DNA of 64,000 nt. Origin: Squalus acanthias. Its lineage: Eukaryota. This document shows positions 25,017-39,190 of the stretch, piece after piece (within the stretch, counting starts at the first letter, position 1; each line of letters begins with the position of its first letter). Made by a program: the position numbers and the translations under genes. The notes under the pieces were generated by a model. The model had not been told where the DNA came from, did no database searches, and saw only the letters and a program-made list of their open reading frames with translations. The stretch covers positions 45,634,001 to 45,698,000 of the forward strand of contig CM059432.1 of NCBI GenBank assembly GCA_030390025.1, read 5' to 3'.

Positions 25017-26869
25017 ATGGCAAGCAACCAAGGGAGTGAGCACGAAGGTTCTCAGATACTACACTGGAGGCCTTGGCCGTGGCTGTGCAAGGAAGGCAGG
25101 TTGCAGGGGTGGCAGGAGGCCATCCAAAGCCATTTGCCGAAAGCTGTGGGAGGAGATAACTGACTCTGTCATGGCCACCAGTGTGGTCTCAAGGACCTGG
25201 ATCCAGTGCTGAGAAAGTTTAATAATCTCACACAGCAGGTCAAGGTGAGTGAAGACTTCAGCAAATGCCATTTCCCACTACCTGCACCACAAGCCTGACA
25301 CACTGCTCAATGCACCACATTCCCATCACTCACCTCCCAGCAATCTCTAACTATCACCACTCATACCTCACAATCATGGCTTCACTTCACCACCTTACCA
25401 CTGCTGCAACACTCACACCCACATCTCACACCTTGCACACACTGATAACTATTCAACTATGACCAGCACATCCCCCAAACACATTGCACCACACTCACTC
25501 ACACACTTCCCTTTCTCTTGCAGGCAAAGTTGGCACATAACAGGACGGATCAACAGCAGACCGGAGACAGTCAAGCCGCAATACAGAACCTCACCGACCT
25601 GGAGGAATAGTTGCTTGACATTATTGGAGGGGCAGTGACGGAGTCCGTGGCCACCGGAGAAGTTGAAGCCGTTGCAGATAATGATGGTATGGTCATTCCT
25701 AATCTTTCTTTCACATCCCACTTCCCCATCATCCCACAATCACTTCTCACTTACAAGCTGCTGATGGTGTATGCATGGATATCTTGATTACCCCACTCCC
25801 CTCATCACAACACGACCCTTGTGCCTTTCTGCTTTCAAATACCCAAAACTGCCAGGAGGCCAGTCTGTCCCTGAACTTGTGGAGGAGAGTGAAGGAGGAG
25901 ATGAAGACACATCGGCACGGCATCTGACACTTGCAGACACCAGCTCAGAAAATGGCACTGTGTGCAATTTAGAGGGTATCTGCACATGGTGAGGCACCGG
26001 GCACGAGTGGGCTGCAGCCAGGCCTGGGAGAAAGGGTAGCTCGAGTGCCAACTCCCCGGAGGGCGAGTTCGCACAGGAGTTCTGCTACACAGGACTCAGA
26101 GGGTGACCTTGATGGGGCAGCCTTCAGAAGAAGGGTGATGGGCATGCACACGGAAATGCTAGGTGCAATGGCAAGCCTGCCAGAGAGCCTCTTGTCAGTG
26201 TCAAGGAGCATGGAGGAGTTCAGCTCCAACATTGGGCGGGGCTTTGCACAGAGCTTGGAGCCCATGATTTCCAGGGTGGAAATGATGGACAACTCCAAGA
26301 GAGACCTTGTGGACTCAGCCATGATGTTGTGTGTGATGGGCGATGTCACGGCTTCCATTGCAGCACAGGCGGAAGCGACCCAATGTCTCACTGCTGCAGT
26401 GGAAGCTCAGACTGCTGCCATCATTGCTGGGTTTACGAGTCTCAAAAGGGGCTTGCAGGGTGTCGCAGCAGGCCAACAATCTGTCCTCCAACAGACTGCT
26501 AGGAATGCTGAGGCGCTGCCCCGGGATAGTGGCAGTGAGTCTGTGGAGCAAGAACCTGCTGTCCTCTCTCAGGATGACAATATTCCTACTCCCAACACTG
26601 TCACTCCACCATTGCCCTTGCCGCTACCTATCAGCCAGCCAGCCCAGACTGCTGCCGCCCAAGCCGAGATGGTGCAGTCTACAGCCGGGTCTTCTAGGCC
26701 CACAGCTGGTCGAGGTCATTCTGCAAGGCCATCTGTAGTCTCCCCCACTGAAAGCCAGCAGCCTTCCACCAGCCATGCTGCGGCCACTGGGGGAGCACTG
26801 CGTAGGAGCACTAGAGTAGGTAAAGGCACACAAACGACAGGCACTAAGGGAATGCACAAGGGTGATTAG
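25017..26869 (+). pseudogene. Three-exon Myb/SANT-like gene of element 3 (25017-25244, 25524-25686, about 25840-26869)
   Basis: LWEEITDSV...SRTWIQC*ESF motif, AKLAHNR exon 2, 274-aa exon-3 ORF; stops and frameshifts. Confidence 0.85.
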
Positions 26870-27042
26870 TTGATATTGTAATGATGATTGGAGTCAGATA
26901 AACTTATGATTTTTGTTTGGAATGTGTGTTTTATTGTGGCTCTCATTTCAGCTTTGTGCCCAGTAGGACGCTGTGATATTCCGTGATAGAGGGATCGTAT
27001 GATGGGGAACTGGTGAGCAATGGGGATCTGGGGTTTCATTCA

Positions 27043-28192
27043 CTAGAATCAAAGTTTGATGAGGCGTTCATGGACAGCCCGTCTGGAACTGGGATTTACT
27101 GCCTGCCTCCTCCCTCCCTCCTTTTCCTCGCCCTCTTCCTTGTCCTCTTCATCTTCTTAGTCCTCCTCTCCCTCCTCCTCCTCCTCCTGAGGTGGTTCCG
27201 CAATCCCTGGTGGCAAGGGCTGCACCCTCATGATGGCCAAATTGTGGAGCATGCAGCAAACCACCACAAAATGGGACACCTGCTCCACCAAGTCCTGGAG
27301 GGCTCCTCACCAGCAGTCAAGGCAATGGAACCATTGCCTGAGCACCCCGATGGTCTGCTCGATGGTGTTCCTGGTGGCAGCATGGCGGTCATTATTTGAG
27401 TGCTGTGCACGAGTGTTGGGGTTGTGGAGGGAAGTCATCAGCCAGGTGCAGAGTGGATAGCCCTTGTCTCCGAGCAGCCACCCTCAGGTTTGACACGGTG
27501 GCTGGAAGATTGCTGGCACAACGGACTGGCACAGGATGAAGGCATCATGACTACTGCCAGGATAGCGGGTATTCACCATCAGGACGTGGTCACACAACTG
27601 CACATTAAGTGACTGGTAGCCTTTGTGGTTACGGAACATTCTCAGGCTTGGTACACGTTGCTCACAAAGCCACGTGTGTGCGGTCTATGGCGCCCTGCAC
27701 CATGGGGAAGCCCACTATCCTGGTAAAGCCACATGCATGCTCGTCCTGCTTCTCTCTCTTCAGAAAGAAGACAAAGTAGTCCCCGTCTCCTGGAGTAGAG
27801 AACCTCTGTGACCTGGATGCAGCAATGGATGGCTGACTGGGAGATGTTAGCTATGTGTCCTGCTGCAGACTAGAAGGATCCACTGGCGAAGAAATTGAGG
27901 GCCACGGTGACCTTGAGGGCCACTGGGAGAGCCGTGGACACCCTGCTCTGAGGCTGCAGGTCTGTTTGCAGGAGATGGCAGAGTTCTGTGACCACCTCCT
28001 TGGTGAAGCGGAGCTAAGGTGGAGGTAAGAGAAGTGCTGTCGGAAGACACTACGTGGGCACGGCCCCTGGTTGAGAGCCCTCCTGGCCCTCCTTCGCCTC
28101 CCTCTGTGAGCATCTTCTCCTCTTCTTCGTTGCCTCCGCTTCCTCTCCCGAAGATAGTCGAGCACGAGGGGGACTGCAAGTAGAACCCCCAT
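27043..28192 (-). pseudogene. Harbinger DDE transposase pseudogene of element 3
   Basis: Fragments FRQHFSYLHLS, GAIDRTH, LLGDKGY and an acidic tail; multiple frameshifts. Confidence 0.88.
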
Positions 28193-28676
28193 GACTGTGA
28201 GCAAGTGGTGTGAGCAGAAGCCTTCAAATGAGAATGAAGGCTTTCTCCACTTGCACCAACACTTCATGTGACCTCAGGAGCTTTAAACGAGTTTAGAAAG
28301 CTGCTAGAGTTGCAGAAACTGAGAAACCATGTCAGCTGCAAGTTATTGTTAATGATCCCTTTAAATAGCACTGCTGGGGGCTCCTTCCTGCTGCTGAATG
28401 CTTGGTCAGCTGGTTGTGATTAAGAGAGGGTGGTGACTGGAGCAGTGACGTTGAAAATGGCAGATCGTGTGTTAAATGAGCGTAGCACGCTCATTGATGT
28501 CATTATCTGCCTCATTTCCATTTCTGCAGCAGCTGCTGGCAATGGCAGCGCTGCCGACCTGCCAAAAATGGCAGCCACTGCAGGACCCATCGGAAGCAGG
28601 CGGAAGTGAGTCGGCCGCCATTTTTTCTTCAAAATGGGCCTTAATGGCTGGCGCTAAACCCACGAATTTCTTGGCT

Positions 28677-29052
28677 GAGGGGGGACCTGATTGATGTATA
28701 CAAAATTATGAGGGGCATAGATAGGGTAGATAGAAAGGAACTTTTCCCCTTAATAGAGGGGTCAATAACCAGGGGGCATAGTTTCAAGGTAAGGGGCAGG
28801 AGGTTTAGAGGGGATTTGAGGAAAAACTTTTTCACCCAGAGGGTGGTTGAAATCTGGAACTAACTGCCTGAAAGGCTGGTAGAGGCAGGAACCCTCACAA
28901 CATTCAAGAAGCATTTAGATGAGCACTTGAAACACCATAGCATACAAGGCTACGGACCAAGTGCTGGAAAATGGGATTAGAATAGACAGGGCTTGATGGC
29001 CAGTGCGGACACGATGGGCCAAAGGGCCTCTTTCTGTGCTGTATAACTCTAT
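28677..29052 (+). mobile_element. CR1 3' fragment whose tail is split by a MITE
   Basis: RGDLIDVYKIMRG...FFTQRVV; tail ACTCTATG resumes at 29686. Confidence 0.85.
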
Positions 29053-29053
29053 G

Positions 29054-29685
29054 GGTTAGATTTTGATACTGGGGCGGGTTGGGGTCGTGTTATCCACTTT
29101 TCGTGTTATCCACCCGACTGCAATTGGATGTGGGAGATTGATGCGATTTTCACCTAATTGGGCAATTGAGTTCCAGCATGTGGGAACCCATGAACCAATT
29201 AGTGTTTTCAGTCTGAAAGTCGCCTCTGATGATGTCATCATTGCTGCTGCATTGAAGGTCTTCAGAGACTGCCTGGCCTTTGCTGTGAGAGGACCTGAAG
29301 GCAAAATGAGCAGCAGCAGCCCTAGGTCTGCTCCCAGATATTTTTCCTCCTACTACTTCTCTGTTGTAATAGTGGACCTGCAGCTGATAGTCAGCTTTCG
29401 AAATGTGCTCCCGCCAGGTTTCACATTCATGGTTCAGAACAGGCGTGCTTCACGTAGAACAAGGGTTAAAATCACAAAGGCCTTTCAAAATGGCATTATA
29501 GAGCCAATTTAGTGCTTGTTAAGGCCCTTAACAGCCTAACCCGCCTCTTAAAGGCGGGACGGAGTCCGGACCAGCAGACACGATTTAATGAAAATTGCGT
29601 GGAGGCAGGATGGAGGCAGTTTTCGCAATTTTAACCCCCCACACGCCTCCAAACCCGCCTCCACGGGTCAATGAAAATCCAGCCC
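29054..29685. mobile_element. Harbinger-type MITE
   Basis: Ends GGTTAGATTTT / AAAATCCAGCCC, with ATG on both sides. Confidence 0.75.
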
Positions 29686-29694
29686 ATGACTCTA

Positions 29695-29970
29695 TCCCTA
29701 ATTGCCCTTGAGAAGGTGGTGGTGAGCCGCCTTCTTGAACCGCTGCAGTCCATGTGGTGAAGGTTCTCCCATAGTACTGTTAGGGAGGGAGTTCCAGGAT
29801 TTTGACCCAGCGACAATGAAGGAACAGCGATATATTTCCATGTCAGGATGGTGTGTGACTTGGAGGGGAATTTGGAGGTGGTGGTGTTCCCTTGTGCCTG
29901 CTGCCCTTGTCCTTCTAGGTGGTAGAGGTCACAGGTTTGGGAGGTGCTGTTGAAGAAGCCTTGGCGAGTT
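29695..29970 (-). mobile_element. CR1-Zenon-like LINE 3' fragment
   Basis: Matches 51685-51930 and 57440-57710. Confidence 0.85.
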
Positions 29971-30709
29971 TTTGGGTGCAGAGTGGGTGCTGTGCTCAGA
30001 GAGTGCATCTGATCACATGGACGCAACTAAGATCCAAAATTGGTCCCATGACTATTTTAAATAGAATAGGTAGGCTGCCAGTACTAACTGCATTGTTTCA
30101 TGGCAGCTCGCCTAATGGAGGAGATTCATATTCCGCAATGCTGATTCCATTTAAAGGCAGCCTGCACCTCTTAAAGGGGAGGTGCACTTTGGCTGCAGGG
30201 TACTGTGACTGACGATTGTCTATAATGCTAGGCACAGGAGAAGTTGCATGGCCGCCCTGTTTTGCTGATGCTGCGTTGGAGGTATTGGTAGAGGAGGTTG
30301 ACAGGAAACTTAAATTTTCATACTTAAAGAAGAAATGTATGTGTGGGTTCAGTGCTTTCCTTGGGCTCTGATTGTTTATGCAGATTTATGCCCATTTTAT
30401 GTTTGGGCATATTCTAATGAGATTGGGACTATGCTTAGGTGTAACTTGATATTGGCAAAATTAACGCAACATTGGGTGTATTCTTGGGTCCAACTTTCGG
30501 AAAGTCCAAGCCAATATATTAGGGGACAGGGTGCCAATATGTTTATTAGATGTTGTGGTATGTTAGAAATTCTTATAAAACGTAATTATTGTGTAAATAT
30601 AAAATAAAAAACACAGTTCAGAAATGACATATTCTGCCAGTGTCTTTATAGCAATTTGTATATATAATGGAGACTCAAAAAAGCCCGACGTCTCCAGTTC
30701 ACAGTGTTA

Positions 30710-32915
30710 GGGCGAAAAATTCAGGGGCTTTACGCCACTCGTTACCATCAAAAAATGGCGAAAGAGCGGCAGTGGCCGCTGGTGGCAGGTCCCGTGGCAT
30801 CCTCCATTTTGGACCTCCCCTTAGCACTGCCGGTAAGTATTAGTGCCCTGCAAAAAAAAATGGCGGATTGGTGATGTCAGTCAGCATGCAACCCCCACTT
30901 AACGTCACCACGGCCAACTTTGACCCGAGTGCTGAGTTCAGCGCTGGGTCATAACCACGCCAGGCAAACCCAGCGTGCAAAGAGACTGACAGAGGAGCTG
31001 TCAGCACCTCTTAAAGGGACACACACATCTTCCAGGTAAGTTTGCATTTAAACTCTTGGACTGGGATTTTTGACTTTATTGAAGTAGTGGCTTCCTGCAA
31101 TTGATGTTAAAAGATTTTTAAGTGTGTAGGGAGTGCTGCTGGATGCTTGCAAGCCTCGGAGGGTAAATGAAGGCCTCTGAGAAAACAGAAAATGCTGCAA
31201 ATATTCAACAGGTCAGGCAACATCCATGGAGAGAGAAACAGAGTTCACATCTCAGGTCAAGATGCAGCCTTACCTGCTGAGTATTTCCAGTATTTTATGC
31301 TGGCATTTCAGATTTACAGCATCCGCTCGCAGAGGGAAGAGGAAGTCACAGAAGAGGAGAAAGCTGAAGAGGAGGAAGCAGACGGAAGGATGTAACCCAG
31401 ACAGCCTTTTGTGGCCGTGATATCCGGGATGGAATCATCCGCCCGCGGTACCAGTGACCACAACCCCAATTCCCCTTTCAACATTTGTCCCACACCTTAC
31501 CTTCCCTCTGTTACTGACCATCACAACATCCTCTTGGCCACAATGCTGAAATAAAAGCCACCACAAAGCAAACTTTTCAATCCAACTTTATACATCTATC
31601 CATCCAACATGACATCAAGAAATCAACTCATCACCCTTATGCATTCTCTTAGTGACTGTCTTGTGTGTGCCCTTGCCTATCCTAGTGATGTCACACAGTG
31701 CTGCCCTCAGTGGCTGCAGCATGGCTGGTGGAAGGCTGCTGACTTTCAGTGGGGGACACTGCAAATGGCCTTGCTGGTCGACCTTGAGGAGCTGGTGGCT
31801 GGGAGTGTCAAATCAATCGTCTTCCTCTTGTTCTTCTTCACTCTTCTCTCTCTCTTCTTGGTCACCCACTGGCTGGGCAGGCTGCATTTCTTGGGTGTGT
31901 GAAATGAGGAAGGCACAAGGGTGAAGTTGTGGTGAGGGGAGGGCGGGAAAGCATGAGGTGCATGCAAGAAGTAGGATAACGTATGACGATAGCAGCATTT
32001 TGTATCCTTTCAGCCTCGCTGCTGGACAAGGGTTCAGCCATGCCCCTGCCAAGAATGGCCTGCACCGTCTCCTCCAAGGGGGTGAGGTGAGGCTAGGAAT
32101 GGGATGTGCCTCGTGATTGGTGCAGATTGTTGGTAGGTGAGTGATTGGGGGTCGTGTATTGAGCAGTGTGTGATGCTAGTGGTGCAGTTGGTAGGAGACA
32201 GCTTTTGAAGATGCATTCACTGACCTTGACTGGTGGGCTGAGGTCATGAAGCGTTTTTGGGCACTGGAGCCAGGTGGTGGGGGCGACACTGGTGGAAGTG
32301 ACGGCCTCGGTGATCTGGTCCCACATTGTTCTTTCTGGAGAGCCTCCTTGCCCCTGTGGGTAGAGGACCTCTCTTGCAGTGTTGACCCCCTGCACAAAGC
32401 TGGAGTGCTGCGTGCGAGACCTTGGGTGCCCCTTCCCTGGCTTGCTGAGCGATTTGTGTTCGTGCTAAAGCACTTTTCCAAATTTTTGAGGTTTGGAAGG
32501 GAATTCAGCTTTAAGTGCTGAAGAATCCCTTTAGGGACTTCTTTTTAATGGTAATTTTTTTATTGAAAGGCAGTAAGGGGTGAAAGCTGCATTTTTTCAC
32601 TGCATTGTAATTTTTATTAGTTCTGAATGCATTGTCCCTTTAATTCATAGCCCCTTTAATTGCCCACAATGCCTTGCGAACTCCACAGCCTCGCTCCCGC
32701 AGGCAGTAAGAAGCAGCAGCGCCGACTGTGGACGGGAACTTCGGGTTGGAAGCCTCCATTAACGCCACCAGGAGGGCGTTGCACGGTAAGTTAGCGCTGC
32801 GCTTCACATCGCCAACCCCCAGCGTGAATTTTTCAACGGTAGTGTTGCGGCTATTTTCAGCAGCCGCTAACTTGAGTTGCCAGTGACACATTTGGTGTAC
32901 ACGAATTTTTGCCCC
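30710..32915. mobile_element. Non-autonomous Harbinger with a degenerate Myb gene (-), transposase tail and internal Penelope fragment
   Basis: TIR GGGCGAAAAATTC / GAATTTTTGCCCC, TSD TTA; WDQITEAVTS...TWLQCPK motif at about 32225-32400. Confidence 0.88.
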
Positions 32916-33391
32916 TTAGATTCTAAAATCTGTACTTGTTCTTCTGATTCCATAATTCAGAAAATGTCTTCAAAGGTGGAAAATTACTGTTCAGTGACCT
33001 TTTAAATTAACTAGGAAACTGAGTCAGACTGCAAGTGCCACCGATATGTAATTGCAAAATAATGGCACAACCAAAGAGAAAAGAGGTAACACTCCTTATT
33101 TTAAAACATTAATATTATTTCACAACTGCTCATGGCAGCATTGCTATATTTAGGTTTGTACTGCAAGTAAAGATAAATTAAAAGATCCAACTTCTTTACT
33201 AAGGTGCTGTGCTATTAACTGCTGTCTCCCATACCATTTCACGGTAGTGTTCCCTTTATGACGCAATCATTACATGTAGATTGTATTACTGCTTAGATTA
33301 GTGCTGTTAAGGTTAGCTGAATAATTATGAAATGTATCTGGCTCAAGGAGTTTATGACTAGTTAGCGGTGGTATTGATTTCCTGTGCATAC

Positions 33392-33429
33392 TTGCAAACT
33401 GAAGACATCAGCATCAGCACTGAGACAGC
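33392..33429 (-). CDS. Candidate 38-nt coding exon of an unidentified host gene
   Basis: Strong acceptor TTTTATCCTTTTTGTTCCAG and donor CAA|GTATGC; open in two phases. Confidence 0.4.
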
Positions 33430-35137
33430 CTGGAACAAAAAGGATAAAATACAAGAATTTTTTTGGGCACTGTATTTCATCTTAATGATTGCTGTCCTGA
33501 AGGATAAACATTGTAGCCTTCAGTTTATATAAGCCACCAGGATTAGTGCATACATGCTACAGTGCAACTAAACCTGAATTTTTCTGAGCATTGCCATTTC
33601 TATTAATACATCACTGTAACCATTATGTCACTTTGAGTATTGGACATAAAAAGGCATAAGATCTGAATAACAACTATTAAATCTGTCCGTAAAACTTGGC
33701 TGAGATATTTTCCAGTTCCCACGACTTTACAACAAGTTCTGTTCAGTCACAAAAACTTTTTTTATCTGGGTACTTCTACCCAGACAATGCTGGGGCAATT
33801 ATGTGCTGCAAATTAGTTTTTTTTTAAAAGCTAATGGAAGATTGAAAATTCTCAAGAAAGCTCTTGAAAGCCCCAATTAATCCAACACCCACAGCTTTTT
33901 GGAAGAGAAAGTTCAAAATTTGTACTATCCGTTGTGTGAAAAAGTGCTTCCTGATTTCATTCCTAAATGGCTAGGCTCTGATTTTAAGATTATGTCCCCT
34001 ATTTCTTGATTCCCCACCAGAGGAAATAGTTTCTCCATAACTACCCTATCTCAGTATAATTCAACAGAATGTAGACCAGGATACCATGCCAGAGTCTTTC
34101 TTCTACAATATTGTAGAGGCATGGCCAGATTCTCTTCAGGTCCATGACTGTAGCAGCACCAAAAGTTCAGAGACTCATACAGCATAGAAGGAGGCCATTT
34201 GGCCCATCGTGCCTGAGCACTTAAACCGGAGCCCTATGTTTATGCCAGGAGCAAAAGAGTAAATACACCGCAGCATTCTGTATAGATCCAAAAATCCATT
34301 CAGAATACTAAAGGTTAATCTCTGAACATCACCAGGTGTGGAACCCCTCCTATGCCAATTTTCCTGTCTGGAATTCTTCATTATTTGAAGAAATTCAAAT
34401 GCTGTTAACCATCACTTGCTGAACTAGGGTCATTGAGGCATACGTTAGACATTGGGAAAGTTTGGGAATTTTTTAAAGTTGATATAATAATCTTTATGCA
34501 GAGAAATTATACATAATACAGCTTGACACTGAGATTCCTATCACCACACTCCCACAGTAAGTCCAGTTGGAGTATGGCAGTGGGCCCAGGAATTGCATGG
34601 GGATTCAGAAATGCTGGCTTCCTTCTCTACTTTTTACGAATCCAACCTTCTCATCTAGTTTCTACGATACCTTATTTGAGGCAGAATCACTCTCTGCCCC
34701 AAATAAAGTTGTCTCTTCAGAAAGTGCATAGCCGGGCCTGGAGACACCAAAGGTCAGGAATTTCATTGTCTTTAGTCTGGTGAAACTGCAGTGGCCAGCA
34801 CATCTAGTTGAAGGAGGTGCCCTGCCTTCTGGTTCTCACCAAGCTTATTGAAGCCAGAAGAGATAGTCCTTTCCACCTTGAAACTCATCAGGCGGAGCAT
34901 TAATGTGAGATGGCTGACTGGTCTTAGGACCTCTGGCATTGGGAGCTCCACTACAGATATCCATGGAGTCTCCACACATTCCATGGTGAACTGCTGTGTT
35001 GCAAAGCCATCATGCAAGGCTGCCCACATGTGGCTAGTGGACTCCTCTACCTGAGTTGGCATCTCTTGCATGTTACTGGAAAAGGTCCTCAATGATTCCA
35101 TCAACACAGAAAGCTCAGAAAGAATTCTTCTTTTAAA

Positions 35138-36645
35138 AACATAACAACATAGGAACAGGAGTAGGCCATTCAGCCCCTCGAGCCTGTTCCGCCATTCAAT
35201 GAGATCATGGCTGATCTGCGACCTAACTCTATATACCCACCTTTGGCCCATATCCCTTAATACCTTTGGTTAACAAAAAGCTATCAATCTCAGATTTAAA
35301 GTTAACAATTGATTAGCATCAATTGCCGTTTGCGTAGAAGTGTTTCCTAATTTCACTCCTGAAAGGTCTGGCTCTAATTGTTAGACTATGCCCCCTAGTC
35401 CTAGAATCCCCAACCAGCGAAAATAGTTTCCCTCTATCTACCCTATCTGTTCCCCTTAATATCCTGAAAACGTCGATCAGATCACCCCTTAACCTTCTAA
35501 ATTCTAGGGAAAACAACCCTAATTTGTGCAATCTCGCCTTGTAACTTAACCCTTGAAGTCCGGGTAGCATTCTGGTAAACCTACGCTGCACTCCCTCCAA
35601 GGCCAATATATCCTTCCTAAGGTGTGGTGCCCAGAACTGCTCACAGTACTCCACGTGTGGTCTAACCAGGGTTTTGTACAGCTGCAGCATAACTTCTACC
35701 CCCTTGTATTCTAGTCCTCTAGATATAAGGCCAGCATTCCAATGGTCTTTTTGATTATTTTCTGTACCTGTTCATGACATTTTAATGATAAATGTACCTG
35801 AACACCCAAGTCTCTTTGGACATCCACTGTTTTTAGCTTTTCACCATTTAGAAAGTACCCTGTTCTATCCTTTTTAGGTCCAAAGTGGATGGCCTCACAT
35901 TTGCCTACTTTGAAATCCATTTGCCAAAGTTTTGCCAATTCACTCAATCTATCGATATCCCTTTGTAATTCTATGCTTTCATCTACATTGCCTACAATAC
36001 CGCCTATCTTTGTGTCATCAGCAAATTTGGATATATGACTTTCTATGCCATCATCTAAGTCGTTAATAAATATTGTGAATAGTTGAGGCCCCAAACCAGA
36101 TCCCTGCGGGACACCATAGTCACATCCTGCCAATTTGAGTACCTACCCATTATCCCTACTCTCTGTCTCCTGCCGCTCAGCCAATTTCCTAACCAGGTCA
36201 ATAATTTGCCCTCAATTCCATGGGCTTCTACCTTAGATAACAATCTCTTATGAGGGACTTTATCGAATGCCTTCTGGAAGTTCATATAAATAACATCCAT
36301 AGACATTCCCCTGTACACTACTTTAGTCATCTCTTCAAAAAGTTCAATCAGGTTTGTCAGGCATGACCTACCTTTCCCAAATCCATGCTAGCTCTCTCTG
36401 ATCAGCTGAAAATTTTTGAGGTGTTCCATCACCCTATCCTTAATTATAGACTTGAACAATTTCCCGACAACAGATGTTAGGCTAACTGGTCTATAATTCC
36501 CTGGTTTCCCTCTTTTGCCATTCTTAAAAAGTGGGGTGACATGTGCAATTTTCCAATCTAAAGGCACAGTTCCTGAATCCGAGAACTTTGGAAGATTATA
36601 GTTAGGGCATCTGCAATGTGCTCACCTACTTCCTTTAAAACCCAG
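35138..36645 (-). mobile_element. CR1 LINE, 5'-truncated, degenerate RT; inserted in an old Harbinger Myb exon-3 remnant (about 34770-35130)
   Basis: [20 protein letters not shown] and LVRPHVEYC across frameshifted ORFs. Confidence 0.9.
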
Positions 36646-37565
36646 GTTCTGTGAACTTCAGCTCCTTGGGCTCAATTGCAAGGTGTAGACTCCCATACTT
36701 CTGGGGGGTACCACTTCAAGCATTGTGCATAAGCAATGCCCTTTTGCACACATTTGCGCAATATGCCTGAAGTGCAAGATGCACTTTCCTTATGGTGGAG
36801 ATAGCAGTCTACAAGCAGATGCTGAGGCTCCCAGGACACAGTGCTCTGCTGCTATGGGCTTTGCCAGTGGCGTCATCAACAATGGATGCTGCGTATGCCA
36901 AATACGTCCTTTTAAGTCTATTCTTGTTCTTTGTCTAGTGCTACCTCAGTGGCAGGATAGATTTCTTCCCATCTCCAATGATCTCTCTCTTTGGCATAGA
37001 ATGCACCACGGGAGAAAACTGGCTCCCCTGAAAGGGAGAGGGTTTCTTTAGGATTCTCACAGAAAAGGTGGGTACTGATAATACGGTCCTACGGAACCAT
37101 TCACAGAGGCACTCGGGAAATCTCACGATTTCCCATATGGCCAGTCTGCCCTTGATGCTCCACTAATCTGAGGTGACCATAGCAGGAGAGCTTATCAACT
37201 GAACATAAAAACTTTGTACATCATTTGAGAATTAAATTTGAATCCAGCATCCCAGCAATCTACCTCCAGAACCATTCCAGCTACTTTTTTCTCTTGGACT
37301 TTGAAATGAATGGAATGATCTCTGTAGTGTAAATTTTGTGAGACTGGCTCCTGGTGTAGTGATTCAATTGATGGGAGCTTGGATCAGAGAATCATGGGGA
37401 AGAGGTCGCCAGGCCTCATTCAAGGCTCCAGCCATGATTTTATATCTGTTACAATTAATGAAGAGCGAATCATGGGGAGTGTGCCTGCAATTTTTCAACG
37501 TTCCCTCCCATTAGGAAAAGTTCCCTGTGGGAGTGCACACAGAAAAAGAACAACATTCTTTTTAT

Positions 37566-39190
37566 TGTAAGGGGTGACGTGCGGCTCTGTGCTTAGCCTG
37601 GGTGCTAGTGCGGGGTTAGGCCTTGTTGCCTGTTCTGGTCTCCAGCCAGCCTGGTAACACTAGACACCTGTGAGTGGTTCGACCCACTCGCCCTTACGGT
37701 TCTGACACTGGACTTAGGTGCGAGAGCAATAATGCAGAGAAAACTCAGGTAGACCCGGTTGAATAGTGCGAAATGGAAAATCTTTATTGCATATTATTCA
37801 AGATTACGAGATACATGTCATAAGCACAGATTAATGACAGTACAATCTTACACACAGTTATGAAACTAATTTTAGGGAAACGAGGAGCGCACGACACATC
37901 GTAAAAGGGGACACACATTATAATTATCCTTAAAACTTAAACCCTCCCCTATCAATACCTGTCCTAATCTAGATTTGTAGGATCGAGACTCATGCTCACC
38001 ACTTGTGATAACTCGGAGAATTCCGAAACTCTGCTCGGATGTTTTTACCGCAGCACCTGACTATCCACGTGTTGATCAGGGGTCTCTGTACCCCACTTGT
38101 TTACTCGTTTCTGCTCCGGCTAGCAGGCTGGACCGTCTGCTGTCATGAAGATCTGTGTTGCCCTCGGAGTTCTGATACTACTCAAAAAAGAGTCTTCCTG
38201 TGCCCTACACCGGTTCGATAGAACTTGAAGAAAGGTCTTCCTGGGCCAGTTGTGGAGTAGCCGATAGAATTCAAAGAAGTGTTTATTCGACTTACAGGCG
38301 CGGTCGGGGCTTACTGACCGTGGCGATGCGTATTGTCGTCTTCTTCTCTTCTCATCTCATCTCATCTCCTCTCGGGCCTTCGGTTCCAACACCGTTTACC
38401 GACCCCTCGGGATGGTGCGCCCGCTTCCAGGCCTCACAGCCCAGTTCTCCACAGATCTTCGCGGCAAGCCATGAGGTTGATCCTAGCGGATCAGAGTCCA
38501 GAGCCGTCAGGCAAGAGAATAAAAGTTCAGCAGTCTTCCAGCGAGTCAAAGCAGCAAGAGAAAGATGGACGGTTGTACTTTACTGTTATAGTGCTGTAAT
38601 TCCTCTTTTCCCGCCCAATCTTAATGTCTATCTTTTGTCAGGGTTTTGGCGCTCAAACTTCTTGTATGGGGTGATCTCAGTCTTTAATGGGTTTCGGTGA
38701 CACTTGTAACTGTCTGAGTACCCGTTAATATTTCTCCCATTGTGGAACCGGCTAGTAGTCTCCCTGGAGGGGTTTTGGGGCTTCCAAATGCTTGCTGTGA
38801 GTACCCGCAAACGGCTCTCTCATCGTAGAGTCGTGGGGATTTTGCATATTAATGTCTTTGGATGGGTCCTTGATCGCTCAGTACAATAGCCCTTGTTTGC
38901 ACCTGGGAGACCGATTTCAGTATTCATGTTTAAAGTGTAAACCCATCGCGTTTTGTCATTATCTCATCATGTTGGATCTTTTCGATCTTGCACAAATGTT
39001 TATTGGAACGCCATCTTGTCTGCCTACTGAAAGTCTAGAACTTTCTACCACGAGGCGTGGCGGCCATTTTACAGGCTGTTTGTGTCCGTTTTGAAACCTG
39101 ACAGCATTCTGCTGAAATAAAGCTGTTTATACGAAACTATATGTCTCCTTCTTATTTTTATAAAATCGCGATAATTTTGCGAATTCTACA
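37566..39190 (-). mobile_element. Solo LTR (1625 bp), third family
   Basis: TGT...ACA ends, TSD TTAT (37562-37565, 39191-39194), minus-strand AATAAA near 37785. Confidence 0.85.

Larger units (their letters stand above)
24745..28676. mobile_element. Full-length defective PIF/Harbinger transposon (element 3)
   Basis: Imperfect TIRs GGCCGGGAAATT / AATTTCTTGGCT; Myb gene (+) convergent with transposase (-). Confidence 0.88.
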
